The translations under genes and the position numbers were made by a program. A DNA stretch of 64,000 nucleotides from Alphaproteobacteria bacterium (GTDB taxonomy: Bacteria; Pseudomonadota; Alphaproteobacteria; UBA828). Under the pieces are notes generated by a model, which ran no database searches, was not told the DNA's origin, and worked only from the letters and a program-made list of their open reading frames with translations. Location: the NCBI GenBank assembly GCA_965200925.1, contig OZ241738.1, positions 332,052 to 396,051 of the forward strand, given 5' to 3'. Of the stretch, positions 50,401 to 56,640 are shown piece by piece; positions within the stretch are counted from its first letter, which is position 1, and every line of letters starts with the position of its first letter.

Positions 50401-53400
50401 CGCAACCCCGCCCGTCTCCGTAATCGACGAATCGGAGAGCGCCAGCGCGACCGTCGGCAAGGCGTCGTCGTCCTCCAGCGTCAACGTCACGTTCGGCGGC
50501 GCCGCGACGCCGTTACCCCCCGCGACCGTACCCGAGACCGTCACCGACTTGTCCGGCGAATCCACCGAGTTGCCGTTCGCCGTCACCGTCACCAAGCCCG
50601 TGCTGGTGGTCGCGTTGGCCGCGATGGTCAGCGTCTTCGCCGTGCTCAAGGCGAAGTCCGCGCCGACCGCGCCGGTTCCGGCGGCCGCCGCCACCGTCAC
50701 CGTCACCGCAGCGCTCGACGGACCCGAAAGCGTCGCCGTCACCGTCGCAACCCCGCTCGTCTCCGAAATCGACGAATCGGAGAGCGCCAGCGCCACCGTC
50801 GGCAAGGCGTCGTCGTCGGCGATGGTCAGCGTCCGGGCGACCGGCTGCTGCACGCCCTGGTCGTTGACCGCCGTTCCCGAAACCGTCGCCTGCTTGTTCG
50901 GCGCGTCGGTGTCGTCGTCCACCGCCGCCACCGTCACCGTGCCGCTGCTGGTCGTCGCCCCGGCCGCGACGGTCAGCGTGGCCGCACTCGACAGGGTGAA
51001 GTCCGCCGCGACCGCGCCCGTCGACGCTACCGGCGCGACCGACACCGTGATCGTCGTCGCCGCACTCGACACCCGGTTCAGCGTCGCCGTCACCGCCGCC
51101 GTGCTCCCCGTCCCGCTCTCGTCGATGGTCGAAGGCGTCAACGCCAGCGTCACCGTCGGCGGACCCTCGTCGTCGCGGATGGTCAGCGTCACCGCCGACG
51201 GCGCCGCCGCCCCGTTGCCGCCCGCCGCCATCGCCGACACGCGCACCTCGATGTCCGGCTCGTCGGCGGCGTTGTCGTTCGCCGTCGCCGTCACCGTGCC
51301 CGTGCTGACGGTGGCCCCGGCCGCGATGGTCAGCTTCGTCGTGCTCGACAGGGCGAAGTCCGCCGCCACCGCGCCGGTCGACGCCACCGGAGCGGCCGAC
51401 ACGGTGAGCGTCACCGCCGCGCTCGACTTGCCCGAGAGCGTCGCCGTCACCGTGGAGACGCCGCCGTTCTCGCCGACGGTCGATGGCATGAGCACCAGCG
51501 CCACCGTCGGCAAGGTATCGTCGTCCGTCAGCGTCAGCGTCACGTCCGGCGGCACCGCCACCCCGTTGCCGCCCGCCGCGGTTCCCGAGACCGTCACCGA
51601 CTTGTTCGGCGAATCCACGTCGTTGCCGTTCGCCGTCACCGTCACCAGGCCCGCGCTCGTCGTCGATCCCGCCGCGATGGTCAGAGTCTTCGCCGTGCTC
51701 AAGGTGAAGTCCGCCGCGACCGCCCCGGCCCCCGCGGCCGCAGCCACCGTCACCGTGACCGCCTCGCTCGATTTGCCCGTAAGCGTCGCCGTCACCGTCG
51801 AAACTCCGCCCGTCTCCGAAATCGACGCGTCGGAGAGCACCAGCGCAGCCATCGGCAGCGTCTCGTCGTCGGTCAGCGTCAACGTCGCGCCGGTCACCGC
51901 CCCCGCCCCCTGGCCGTTGGCCAGCGCCGCTGTCACTGTCGCGCTGCGCCCCGCGCTCCCCTGGTGGATGCTATCGTCCACCGCCGTGATCAACACCGTG
52001 TCCGAGGCCGCCGTGGTTGACCCCGCCGCGATCGTGATCGTCGCGTCCGTTCCCACCGTGTAGGAACCCGAGACCCCCTGCACCGTCACCGTCGAAGGCT
52101 CGCTCGATGGGTGCGACAAGGTCGCCGTCACCGTCGAAACCCCGCCGTTCTCCGACACCGATGTCGGGTTCAGCGACAGCGTCACCCCCGGCGCCGCGTC
52201 GTCGTCCTCCAGCGTCAGCGTCACGTCCGGCGGGGCCGCGACCCCGTTGCCGCCCGCCGCGGTGCCCGAAATCGTCACCGACTTGTTCGGCGAATCCACC
52301 GCGTTGCCGTTCGCCCTCACCGTCACCAGGCCCGTGCTGGTGGTCGCGTTGGCCGCGAAGGTCAGCGTCGCCGCCGTGCTCAAGGTGAAGTCGCCCGAGA
52401 CCGCGCCGGCCCCCGCGGCCGCCGCCACCGCCACCGTCACCGCTTCGCTCGACGGGCCGGAGAGAGTCGCCGTCACCGTCGAGATGCCGCCCGTCTCCGA
52501 AATCGACGAGTCCGAAAGCATCAGCGCAACCGTCGGCAGCGTCTCGTCGTCTTCCAGCGTCAACGTCACGTTCGGCGGATTCGCGACGCCATTGCCGCCC
52601 GCCGCGGCGCCCGAGACCGTCACCGACTTGTTCGGAGAATCCACGTCGTTGCCGTTCGCCGTCACCGTCACCAAGCCCGCGCTCGTCGTCTCCCCGGCCG
52701 CGATAGTCAAAGTCTTCACGCTCGACAGGGTGAAGTCCGCCGCGACCGCCCCGGCCCCCGCAGCCGCAGCCACCGTCACCGTCACCGCTGCGCTCGACGC
52801 ACCCGACAGCCGCGCCGTCACCGTGGAGATGCCGCCCGTCTCCGAAATCGACGAGGCGGAGAGCGCCAGCGCAACCGTCGGCAGCGTCTCGTCGTCTTCC
52901 AGCGTCAACGTCACGTTCGGCGGATTCACGACGCCGTTGCCGCCCGCCGACGTCCCCGAGACCGTCACCGACTTGTTCGGCGAATCCACCGAGTTGCCGT
53001 TCGCCGTCACCGTCACCAAGCCCGCGCTCTCCGTCGAACCCGCCGCGATAGTCAAAGTCTTCACGCTCGACAGGGTGAAGTCCGCCGCGACCGCCCCGCT
53101 CCCGGCGGCCGCTCCCACCGTCACCGTGACCGCCGCGCTCGACTTGCCCGTAAGCGTCGCCGTCACCGTCGAAACCCCGCTCGTCTCCGATATCGACGAA
53201 TCGGAGAGCGCCAGCGCAACCGTCGGCAGCGTCTCGTCGTCGGTCAGCGTCAGCGTCCGGGCGATCGGCGGCTGCACGCCTTGGTCGTTGACCGCCGTTC
53301 CCGAAACCGTCACCTGCTTGTTCGGCGCGTCGGTGTCGTCGTCCACCGCCGCCACCGTCACCGTGCCGCTGCTGGTCGTCGCGCCCGCCGCGATGGTCAA

Positions 53401-56400
53401 CGTGTTCGCGCTCGACAGCGTGTAGTCGCCCGCCGCCGCCCCGGTCGAGGCCACCGGCGCGACCGACACCGTGATCGTCGTCGCCGCGCTCGACGCCCGG
53501 TTCAGCGTCGCCGTCACCGACGCCGTGCTGCCCGTCCCGCTCTCGTCGATGGTCGAAGGCGTCAACGCCAGGGTCACCGTCGGCGGGCCTTCGTCGTCGC
53601 GGATGGTCAGCGTCACGGCCGGCGGCGGCGCCGCCCCGTTGCCGCCCGCCGCCGTCGCCGACACGCGCACCTCGATGTCCGGCTCGTCGTCGGTGTTGTC
53701 GTTCGCCGTCACCGTCACCGCGCCCGCGCTGACGGTGGCCCCGGCCGCGATGGTGAGTGTCGTCGTGCTCGACAGTGCGAAGTCCCCCGCCACCGCGCCC
53801 GTCGACGCCACCGGGGCGGCCGACACCGTGAGCGTCACCGCCGCGCTCGACTTGCCCGAGAGCGTCGCCGTCACCGTCGAGACGCCGCCGTTCTCGCCGA
53901 CGGTCGCCGGCGTGAGCACCAGCGCCAGCGTCGGCAAGGCGTCGTCGTCCGTCAGCGTCAGCGTCGCGTTCGACGGATTCGAGACCCCGTTGCCGCCCGC
54001 CGCGGTTCCCGAGACCGTCACCGACTTGTTCGGCGAATCCACGTCGTTGCCGTTCGCCGTCACCGTCACCAAGCCCGCGCTCTCCGTCGATCCCGCCGCG
54101 ATGGTCAGGGTCGCCGCGCTCGACAGGGTGAAGTCCGCGGCGACCGCCCCGGCCCCCGCGGCCGCAGCCACCGTCACCGTGACCGCCTCGCTCGATTTGC
54201 CCGTAAGCGTCGCCGTCACCGTCGCAATCCCGCCCGTCTCCGTAATCGACGAATCGGAGAGCACCAGCGCAGCCGTCGGCAGCGTCTCGTCGTCCGTCAG
54301 CGTCAACGCCGCTCTCGCCGAAGGAGATATAAGGCTAAAGAGGTTGCCGCCCCCGAACGTCCAGGGCCACTTCCTCCTCCCCGGGTCCCTCGTTAGCCGG
54401 AAAGCATAACGCGCGCCCACCATCACCCGACGGTTGCCGCTGTGGACGTCGTTGTCCACCGCGGCGACGGTCACCGCGCCGGCGCTCACGGTATCCCCCG
54501 CCGCGATGGTCAGGGTGTTGGCCGCGCTCCGGCTGTAGTCGCCCGAATGGGAAGCCAACACCCTGATGGTCGTCGGCACGCTCGACGGGTGCGAGAGCGC
54601 CGCGGTCACCGTCGCCGTGCTGCCCGCGCCGCTTTCGTCGATGGTCGAGGGCGAAAGCGTCAGCTCCACCGTCGGCAAGGCGTCGTCGTCCTCCAGAATC
54701 AGCACCATGAGCCGCGGGTCCGCGACTCCGTTGCCCCCTGCCGCCGCGCCGCGGACCACTATCCGCTTGTGCGACGAATCGACGTCGTTGCCGTTCGCCG
54801 TCACCGTCACTTCGCCAGCGCTCGTCGTCGCCCCGGCCGCTATGGTCAGCGTCGTCCCCGTGCTCAAGGTGAAGTCGCCCGACACCGCCCAGGAGCTGCC
54901 GGCCGTCACCGTCACCGTCACCGTCACCGCAGCGCTCGACTTGCCCGAAAGCGTCGCCGTCACCGTCGCAATCCCGCCGGTCTCCGAAATCGACGAATCG
55001 GAGAGCGCCAGCGTCGCCGTCGGCAGGGCCTCGTCGTCGGCCAAGGTCAAGGTCGCGTTCGCCGGGTCCGCGACCCCGTTGCCGCCCGCCGCCGCGCCGG
55101 AGACCGTCACCCGCTTGTCCGGCGCGTCCACGTCGTTGTCGCTGGCCGTGATCGTCACCGTCCCGGTGCTCGTCGTGGCGTTCGCCGCGATGGTCAGCGT
55201 CGTGCCCCCGCTCAGGCCGAAGTCGCCTGCCACCGCGCCCGACGCCGCCACCGCCGCCGCCGCGACCGTGACCGTCACCGCCTCGCTCGACGGGCCGCCC
55301 AGCGCCGCGCTCACCGTCGCCACCCCGCCGTTCTCGGCGATCGACGACGACGACAGCACCAGCGAGACCGTGGGCGGGCCGTCGTCGTCGCGCAGCGTCA
55401 GGGTCGCGTCCGGCGGGTCCGCCGCCCCGAGCGTGCCCGACGCCGAACCCTTCACCGTCACCTGCTTGTCCGGCGAATCCATGTTGTTCGGTTCCGCGGT
55501 CACCGTCACCAGGCCCGCACTCGTCGTCTGCCCGGCAGCGACGGTCAGCGTGTTCGCCGTGCTCAGGGTGAAATCGCCGTCCACCGCGCCCGTGGACGCC
55601 GTCGCCGACACCGCGATCGTCACCGCCCCCGCCGAGGGGTGGCTCAGGGTCGCGGTCACCGTCGCCACGCCGCCCGACTCCGAGATCGACGCCGGGGCAA
55701 GGGCGAGCGCCGAACTCGGCCGCGAGTCCTCGTCCGCGATGGTCAGGGTCAGGTCCACCGGCGCCGCCACCAGCCCGTAACCGCCGTCCACCGCCCCGCT
55801 CACCGTCACAAACTTGCCCGACGAGTCGATGGCGTCGTCCGTCGCGGTGATCGTCACCGTGCCCGCGCTCGCCGCCTGCCCGGCAGCGATGGTCAGCGTC
55901 CGCGCCGCGCTCAGGGCGAAGCCGCCGTCGGCGGCCAGCGCCGCGTAGGTCAAGGCCGCCGACACCGTCACCGTGATCGCCTCGCCGGAGGGAGGGCCGC
56001 TCAGGCGCGCCGTCACCGTCGTCGCGTTGCCCGCCCCGCTCTCCCGGATCGTGTACGGGTACGCTATGTACGGGTCCGACAGCATCAGCACCAGGGTCGG
56101 CGTCGAGTCGTCGTCGGTGATCGTCCCCACCCCGGTCGCCGCGCTCCCGAGCACCGCCCCGGAGGGGTTGGAGAGGGCGATGCGGACCGTCTCGTCGGGC
56201 TCGTCCAGGCTGTCGACGGTCACCGTCACCTCGACGGTCTTGCTGGTCTCGGTAGCGGAGAAGGTCAGCGTGCCCCCGGAGAACGCCGTGTAGTCGGCGC
56301 CGGAGGCCGCCGTGCCCGGGTCCGCGGCCGCCGCCCAGTCCACCGTCACCTGCCGGCCCGGCGCCCGGTTCAGGGCCACCACGAAGGGCAGCTTCGGCAC

Positions 56401-56550
56401 CTCCGTCTGGCCCGGCCCCCCTTCCGCCACGCTCGGCGAGGAGATGGAGAAGACGATGTCGCCGTCGGTCGCCGCCAGCGCGTGGTGCGCCGACGCCGCA
56501 GCGAACGCCGCCAGTACCGCCGCCAGAGAAATCCGCGCGACCGTCTTCAT
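35485..56550 (-). CDS. Giant Calx-beta-repeat type Va autotransporter adhesin (~7,021 aa), copy B, complete
   Basis: The open frame runs 35485..56598. The start was chosen at the ATG at 56550, where the signal peptide MKTVARISLAAVLAAFAAASAHHALA-ATDGD begins. Residues 45-150 form a canonical Calx-beta domain (DYTAFSGGTLTF...ETSKTVEVTVTVDSLDEPDETVRIALSNPSGAVLG). About 50 more repeats carrying DDD motifs follow. The C-terminal ~300 aa has a beta-barrel pattern and ends RIDLRLRW. Confidence 0.85.
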   Translation of the reverse strand: MKTVARISLAAVLAAFAAASAHHALAATDGDIVFSISSPSVAEGGPGQTEVPKLPFVVALNRAPGRQVTVDWAAAADPGTAASGADYTAFSGGTLTFSATETSKTVEVTVTVDSLDEPDETVRIALSNPSGAVLGSAATGVGTITDDDSTPTLVLMLSDPYIAYPYTIRESGAGNATTVTARLSGPPSGEAITVTVSAALTYAALAADGGFALSAARTLTIAAGQAASAGTVTITATDDAIDSSGKFVTVSGAVDGGYGLVAAPVDLTLTIADEDSRPSSALALAPASISESGGVATVTATLSHPSAGAVTIAVSATASTGAVDGDFTLSTANTLTVAAGQTTSAGLVTVTAEPNNMDSPDKQVTVKGSASGTLGAADPPDATLTLRDDDGPPTVSLVLSSSSIAENGGVATVSAALGGPSSEAVTVTVAAAAVAASGAVAGDFGLSGGTTLTIAANATTSTGTVTITASDNDVDAPDKRVTVSGAAAGGNGVADPANATLTLADDEALPTATLALSDSSISETGGIATVTATLSGKSSAAVTVTVTVTAGSSWAVSGDFTLSTGTTLTIAAGATTSAGEVTVTANGNDVDSSHKRIVVRGAAAGGNGVADPRLMVLILEDDDALPTVELTLSPSTIDESGAGSTATVTAALSHPSSVPTTIRVLASHSGDYSRSAANTLTIAAGDTVSAGAVTVAAVDNDVHSGNRRVMVGARYAFRLTRDPGRRKWPWTFGGGNLFSLISPSARAALTLTDDETLPTAALVLSDSSITETGGIATVTATLTGKSSEAVTVTVAAAAGAGAVAADFTLSSAATLTIAAGSTESAGLVTVTANGNDVDSPNKSVTVSGTAAGGNGVSNPSNATLTLTDDDALPTLALVLTPATVGENGGVSTVTATLSGKSSAAVTLTVSAAPVASTGAVAGDFALSSTTTLTIAAGATVSAGAVTVTANDNTDDEPDIEVRVSATAAGGNGAAPPPAVTLTIRDDEGPPTVTLALTPSTIDESGTGSTASVTATLNRASSAATTITVSVAPVASTGAAAGDYTLSSANTLTIAAGATTSSGTVTVAAVDDDTDAPNKQVTVSGTAVNDQGVQPPIARTLTLTDDETLPTVALALSDSSISETSGVSTVTATLTGKSSAAVTVTVGAAAGSGAVAADFTLSSVKTLTIAAGSTESAGLVTVTANGNSVDSPNKSVTVSGTSAGGNGVVNPPNVTLTLEDDETLPTVALALSASSISETGGISTVTARLSGASSAAVTVTVAAAAGAGAVAADFTLSSVKTLTIAAGETTSAGLVTVTANGNDVDSPNKSVTVSGAAAGGNGVANPPNVTLTLEDDETLPTVALMLSDSSISETGGISTVTATLSGPSSEAVTVAVAAAAGAGAVSGDFTLSTAATLTFAANATTSTGLVTVRANGNAVDSPNKSVTISGTAAGGNGVAAPPDVTLTLEDDDAAPGVTLSLNPTSVSENGGVSTVTATLSHPSSEPSTVTVQGVSGSYTVGTDATITIAAGSTTAASDTVLITAVDDSIHQGSAGRSATVTAALANGQGAGAVTGATLTLTDDETLPMAALVLSDASISETGGVSTVTATLTGKSSEAVTVTVAAAAGAGAVAADFTLSTAKTLTIAAGSTTSAGLVTVTANGNDVDSPNKSVTVSGTAAGGNGVAVPPDVTLTLTDDDTLPTVALVLMPSTVGENGGVSTVTATLSGKSSAAVTLTVSAAPVASTGAVAADFALSSTTKLTIAAGATVSTGTVTATANDNAADEPDIEVRVSAMAAGGNGAAAPSAVTLTIRDDEGPPTVTLALTPSTIDESGTGSTAAVTATLNRVSSAATTITVSVAPVASTGAVAADFTLSSAATLTVAAGATTSSGTVTVAAVDDDTDAPNKQATVSGTAVNDQGVQQPVARTLTIADDDALPTVALALSDSSISETSGVATVTATLSGPSSAAVTVTVAAAAGTGAVGADFALSTAKTLTIAANATTSTGLVTVTANGNSVDSPDKSVTVSGTVAGGNGVAAPPNVTLTLEDDDALPTVALALSDSSITETGGVATVTATLSGPSSAAVTVTVAAAAGTDAVAADFTLSSVKTLTIAAGETTSAGLVTVTANGNAVDSPNKSVTVSGTSAGGNGVVNPPNVTLTLEDDETLPTVALALSDSSITETGGVSTVTATLTGPSSAAVTVMVGAAAGTGAVAADFALSTGTTLTIAAGSTTSAGLVTVTANGNDVDSPNKSVTVSGAAAGGNGVAAPPNVTLTLTDDDALPTVALALSDSSIAETSGVATVTATLSGPSSAAVTVTVGAAAGSGAVSGDFTLSTATTLTIAAGSTTSAGLVTVTASGNTVDSPNKSVTVSGTAAGGNGVTAPPNVTLTLEDDDVLPTVALALSDTSISETGGISTVTATLSGPSSAAVTVTVAAAAGTGAVAADFTLSSAKTLTIAASATTSTGLVTVTANGNDVDSPNKSVTVSGAAAGGNSVAAPPDVTLTLEDDDALPTVALALSDPSISETGGVSTVTATLTGKSSEAVTITVGAAAGSGAVGADFALSTAKTLTIAAGETTSAGLVTVTANGNTVDSPNKSVTVSGTAVGGNGVAAPPNVTLTLTDDDALPTVALALSASSISETGGVSTVTATLSGASSEAVTVTVGAAAGSGAVGADFALSTAKTLTIAAGETTSAGLVTVTANGNTVDSPNKSVTVSGTAVGGNGVAAPPNVTLTLTDDDALPTVALALSASSISETGGVSTVTATLSGASSEAVTVTVGAAAGSGAVGADFALSTAKTLTIAAGETTSAGLVTVTANGNTVDSPNKSVTVSGTAVGGNGVAAPPNVTLTLTDDDALPTVALALSASSISETGGVSTVTATLSGASSEAVTVTVGAAAGSGAVGADFALSTAKTLTIAAGETTSAGLVTVTANGNTVDSPNKSVTVSGAAVGGNGVANPPNVTLTLEDDETLPTVALALSASSISETSGVATVTATLTGASSAAVTVTVAAAAGTGAVSGDFTLSTATTLTIAAGSTESAGLVTVTANGNTVDSPNKSVTVTGTAAGGNGVATPPNVTLTLEDDETLPTVALALSASSISETSGVATVTATLSGASSAAVTVTVGAAAGTGAVAADFDLSSATTLTISAGATTSAGLVTVTANGNAMDSPNKSVTVSGAAAGGNGVATPPNVTLTLEDDDALPTVALVLTPPTVGENGGISTVTATLTGPSSEAVTVTVAAAAGSGAVAADFDLSAAKTLTIAANATTSTGLVTVRANGNAVDSPDKSVTVSGTAAGGNGVAAPPDVTLTLEDDDALPTVALALSDSSITETGGVATVTATITGKSSEAVTVTVGAAAGTGAVAADFALSSAKTLTIAAGSTTSAGLVTVRANGNAVDSPDKSVTVSGTAAGGNGVANPSNVTLTLTDDETLPTVALALSSTSISETGGVATVTATLTGKSSAAVTVTVGAAAGTGAVAADFTLSSAKTLTIAAGSTTSAGLVTVRANGNDVDSPNKSVTVSGTAAGGNGVANPSNVTLTLTDDETLPTVALVLSSTSISETGGVSTVTATLTGKSSAAVTVTVGAAAGTGAVAADFTLSSAKTLTIAAGSTTSAGLVTVRANGNAVDSPDKSVTVSGTAAGGNGVANPSNVTLTLTDDETLPTVALALSSTSISETGGVATVTATLTGKSSAAVTVTVGAAAGTGAVAADFTLSSAKTLTIAANATISTGLVTVRANGNAVDSPDKSVTVSGTAAGGNGVANPSNVTLTLTDDETLPTVALALSSTSISETGGVATVTATLTGKSSAAVTVTVGAAAGTGAVAADFTLSSAKTLTIAANATTSAGLVTVRANGNAVDSPNKSVTVSGTAAGGNGVANPSNVTLTLTDDETLPTVALVLVPATVGENGGVSTVTATLSGKSSAAVTLTVSAAPVASTGAVAGDFALSSATKLTIAAGATVSTGTVTVTAQDNTADEPDVEVRVSATAAGGNGVTAPADATLTVRDDEGPPTVTLALTPSTIDESGTGSTAAVTATLNRVSSAATTVTVSVAPVASTGAAAGDYTLSSAATLTIAAGATTSSGTVTVAAVDNDTDAPNRQATVSGTAVNDQGVQQPIARTLTIADDDALPTVALALSDSSISETGGISTVTATLTGKSSEAVTVTVGAAVGTGAVAADFTLSSATTLTIAAGSTTSAGTVTVTANGNTVDSPDKSVTVSGTAAGGNGVVNPPNVTLTLEDDETLPMVALALSSTSISETGGVSTVMATLSGPSSEAVTVTVGAAAGTGAVAADFTLSTATTLTFAAGSTTSAGLVTVTANGNAVDSPDKSVTVSGTAAGGNGVANPPNVTLTLEDDETLPTVALALSDSSVSETGGVSTVTATLSGKSSAAVTVTVAAAAGTGAVLGDFTQTGTTLTIAAGSTTSAGLVTVTANGNAVDSPDKSVTVSGAAVGGNGVTAPPNVTLTLEDDDALPTVALALSDSSITETGGISTVTATLSGPSSAAVTVTVAAAAGTGAVAGDFTQSGTTLTIAAGATTSAGEVTVTANGNAVDSPNKSVTVSGTAAGGNGVANPPNVMLTLTDDDALPTVALALTPSSITETNGVATVTARLSGASSAAVTVTVAAAAGAGAVSGDFTLSTAATLTIAAGDTESAGLVTVTANDNDVDSPNKPVTVSGTVAGGNGVANPPNATLTLADDDALPTLALVLTPATVGENGGVSTVTATLSGKSSAAVTLTVSAAPVASTGAVAGDFALSSTTKLTIAAGATVSTGTVTVTANDNAADEPDIEVRVSATAAGGNGAAAPLAATLTIRDDEGPPTVTLVLTPATIDESGTGSTAAVTATLNRASSAATTITVSVAPVASTGAAAGDYTLSSANTLTIAAGATTSSGTVTVAAVDDDTDAPNKQATVSGTAINDQGVQQPIARTLTLTDDETLPTAALALSASSISETGGISTVTATLSGPSSAAVTLTVAAAAGTGAVVDDFTLSTATTLTIAAGATTSTGVVTVTANGNAVDSPNKPVTVSGTAAGGNNVANPSNVTLTITDDDALPTVALALSSTSITETGGIATVTATLSGASSEAVTVTVAAAAGAGAVAADFTLSTAATLTFAAGATTSAGVVTVTANGNDVDSPNKSVTVSGTTAGGNGVANPSNVTLTITDDDALPTVALALSSTSISETGGVSTVTATLSGESSAAVTVTVAAAVGAGAVAADFDLSSATTLTIAAGATTSGGLVTVTANGNDMDSPNKSVTVSGAAAGGNGVSNPPNVTLTLTDDDALPTLALALSDTSITETGGISTVTATLTGKSSAAVTVTVAAAAGAGAVAGDFTLSTAKTLTIAAGATTSAGEVTVRANGNAVDSPNKSVTVSGTAAGGNGVANPSNVTLTLTDDETLPTVSLALTPSSIAETDGISTVTATLSGPSSAAVTVTVAAAAGTGTVAADFTLSGATTLTIAAGSTESAGLVTVTANGNDVDSPNKSVTVSGTAAGGNGVAVPPDVTLTLTDDDTLPTLALVLTPATVGENGGVSTVTATLSGKSSAAVTLTVSAAAVASTGAVSGDFALSSTTKLTIAAGATVSAGTVTVTAQDNAADEPDIEVRVSATAAGGNGAAAPAAATLTIRDDEGPPTVTLALTPSTIDESGTGSTASVTATLNRASSAATTITVSVAPVASTGAAAGDYTLSSAATLTIAAGATTSSGTVTVAAVDNDTDAPNKQVTVSGTAVNDQSVQQPIARTLTITDDDAAPDATLALSASSISENGGMTTVTATLNRRSAQATTVTVQAVAGAFTVGSGSASRIAIAAGATSSAGGAVLTAVDNDVDAADRQVTVTAVLANGHGAGTVSGGGVSLTLTDDDTAGIAVSPATSTGSRLETTESAGTATFTVKLATEPTGDVAIGVVSSDTGEGTVGPSTLTFTASDWSTAQTVTLTGVDDSVADGNRDYTVTLTVDQTNTADANYDALSAVTVYARNRDNEFGLNVSAVTGQATEAGGQSTFTVALRTQPSAAVTVSVASRDGSEGTVSPPSLTFATTSWSTAQTVTVTGANDSIDDGTVTWQVRLDPSSGDADYDTSSVEEDVSVTTTDDDGPPGVTLALNPSSVVENGGVSTVTATLSHPSSAATTVTVTPVSPAVEGDYTLSMDKMLTIAASATESTGVVTITAKNNYIDADAKTVTVSATVANSRATADSTTMAVTDAELTIEDDDTKGFVLDPAAVVAAVGGEAAAYTAALTSRPAGTVTVLISISPDDADLTVSPFRLTFTPSDWSAAQTVMVTAQPDDDDLADVASLTHAASGGAYGGVTGTLAVAVSDPGDTRIVTDGAAGRTTYDIGGRRVTVTVESGVPAGIEVDLAGVGAGPPLALTFSPEVSAATLAKAAGDGFGGLAEALGTARRVVDISVTGTVPSSGLKVCLPVSDGLRQAAAGREGLLLHYDGNVWAEVADSSFDADRMRVCAPGMRSFSPFAVGYVDTKPSFDVASRKTYTFTVDEAQSETLPRAEGDVEVTYRLEPDAPPGLVVDPNTGTLSGTPTEPMKARDYSWIARDVDGDEGQTTVKIEVVSDLGAARERLKAINESILPELSRAQWGSVVEAVTGRLESSGTGGGTADTLASALKAQEDAQDGEGLSWRKVLEGRTFAVALGGGSIGVAGAGSGGGAGDGAGVGGGGSGSPAVMWGGGSRRSLSLDKDVLDWSGELFSAHVGVDAPLGEGLRGGLAMSWFESEIDYTDRSGDVAAVTGAHESRLAAVHPYAGWTGSNGSRLWGALGYGEGEIEIADEEVGERFGVQKGDSAFVGVAVGGSVPVASVGGLALAVKGSGEATRYSVEDNGSALEKVSVDTRRVRLAAEGSRTYALAGGGAFTPSLEVGARWDGGDGETGAGVELGGGLEWVSGGLSVEARGRTLVAHEGDVEEWGASGSAQLSPGPGGRGLSFTLSPRWGASESGLARLWDKGMTGRVSSGDATTDANTARLEAELGYGFGVWNGAGVMTPHVGFGYEEGGARRWRLGTRSAFGPDLAVGLEAERKEGAAAPEHGARIDLRLRW
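38850..56400 (-). repeat. Tandem Calx-beta-like coding repeat array (115-120-aa units) within adhesin copy B
   Basis: The protein shows about 50 units of TLTLxDDDxLPTVAL...VTVSGxAAGGNGV. The plus-strand artefact ORFs at 45597, 45942 and 46287 repeat at exactly 345 nt. Units at 47.9-48.9 kb are near-perfect 360-nt copies. Confidence 0.8.
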
Positions 56551-56640
56551 CGCACCGCCGATACCGCCCGACCGCACCCCCAAATCCATCGATGGCAACC
56601 GCCGACAGGGTTTTCAGTGGCCGGTGATCGGTGCTGGCAA

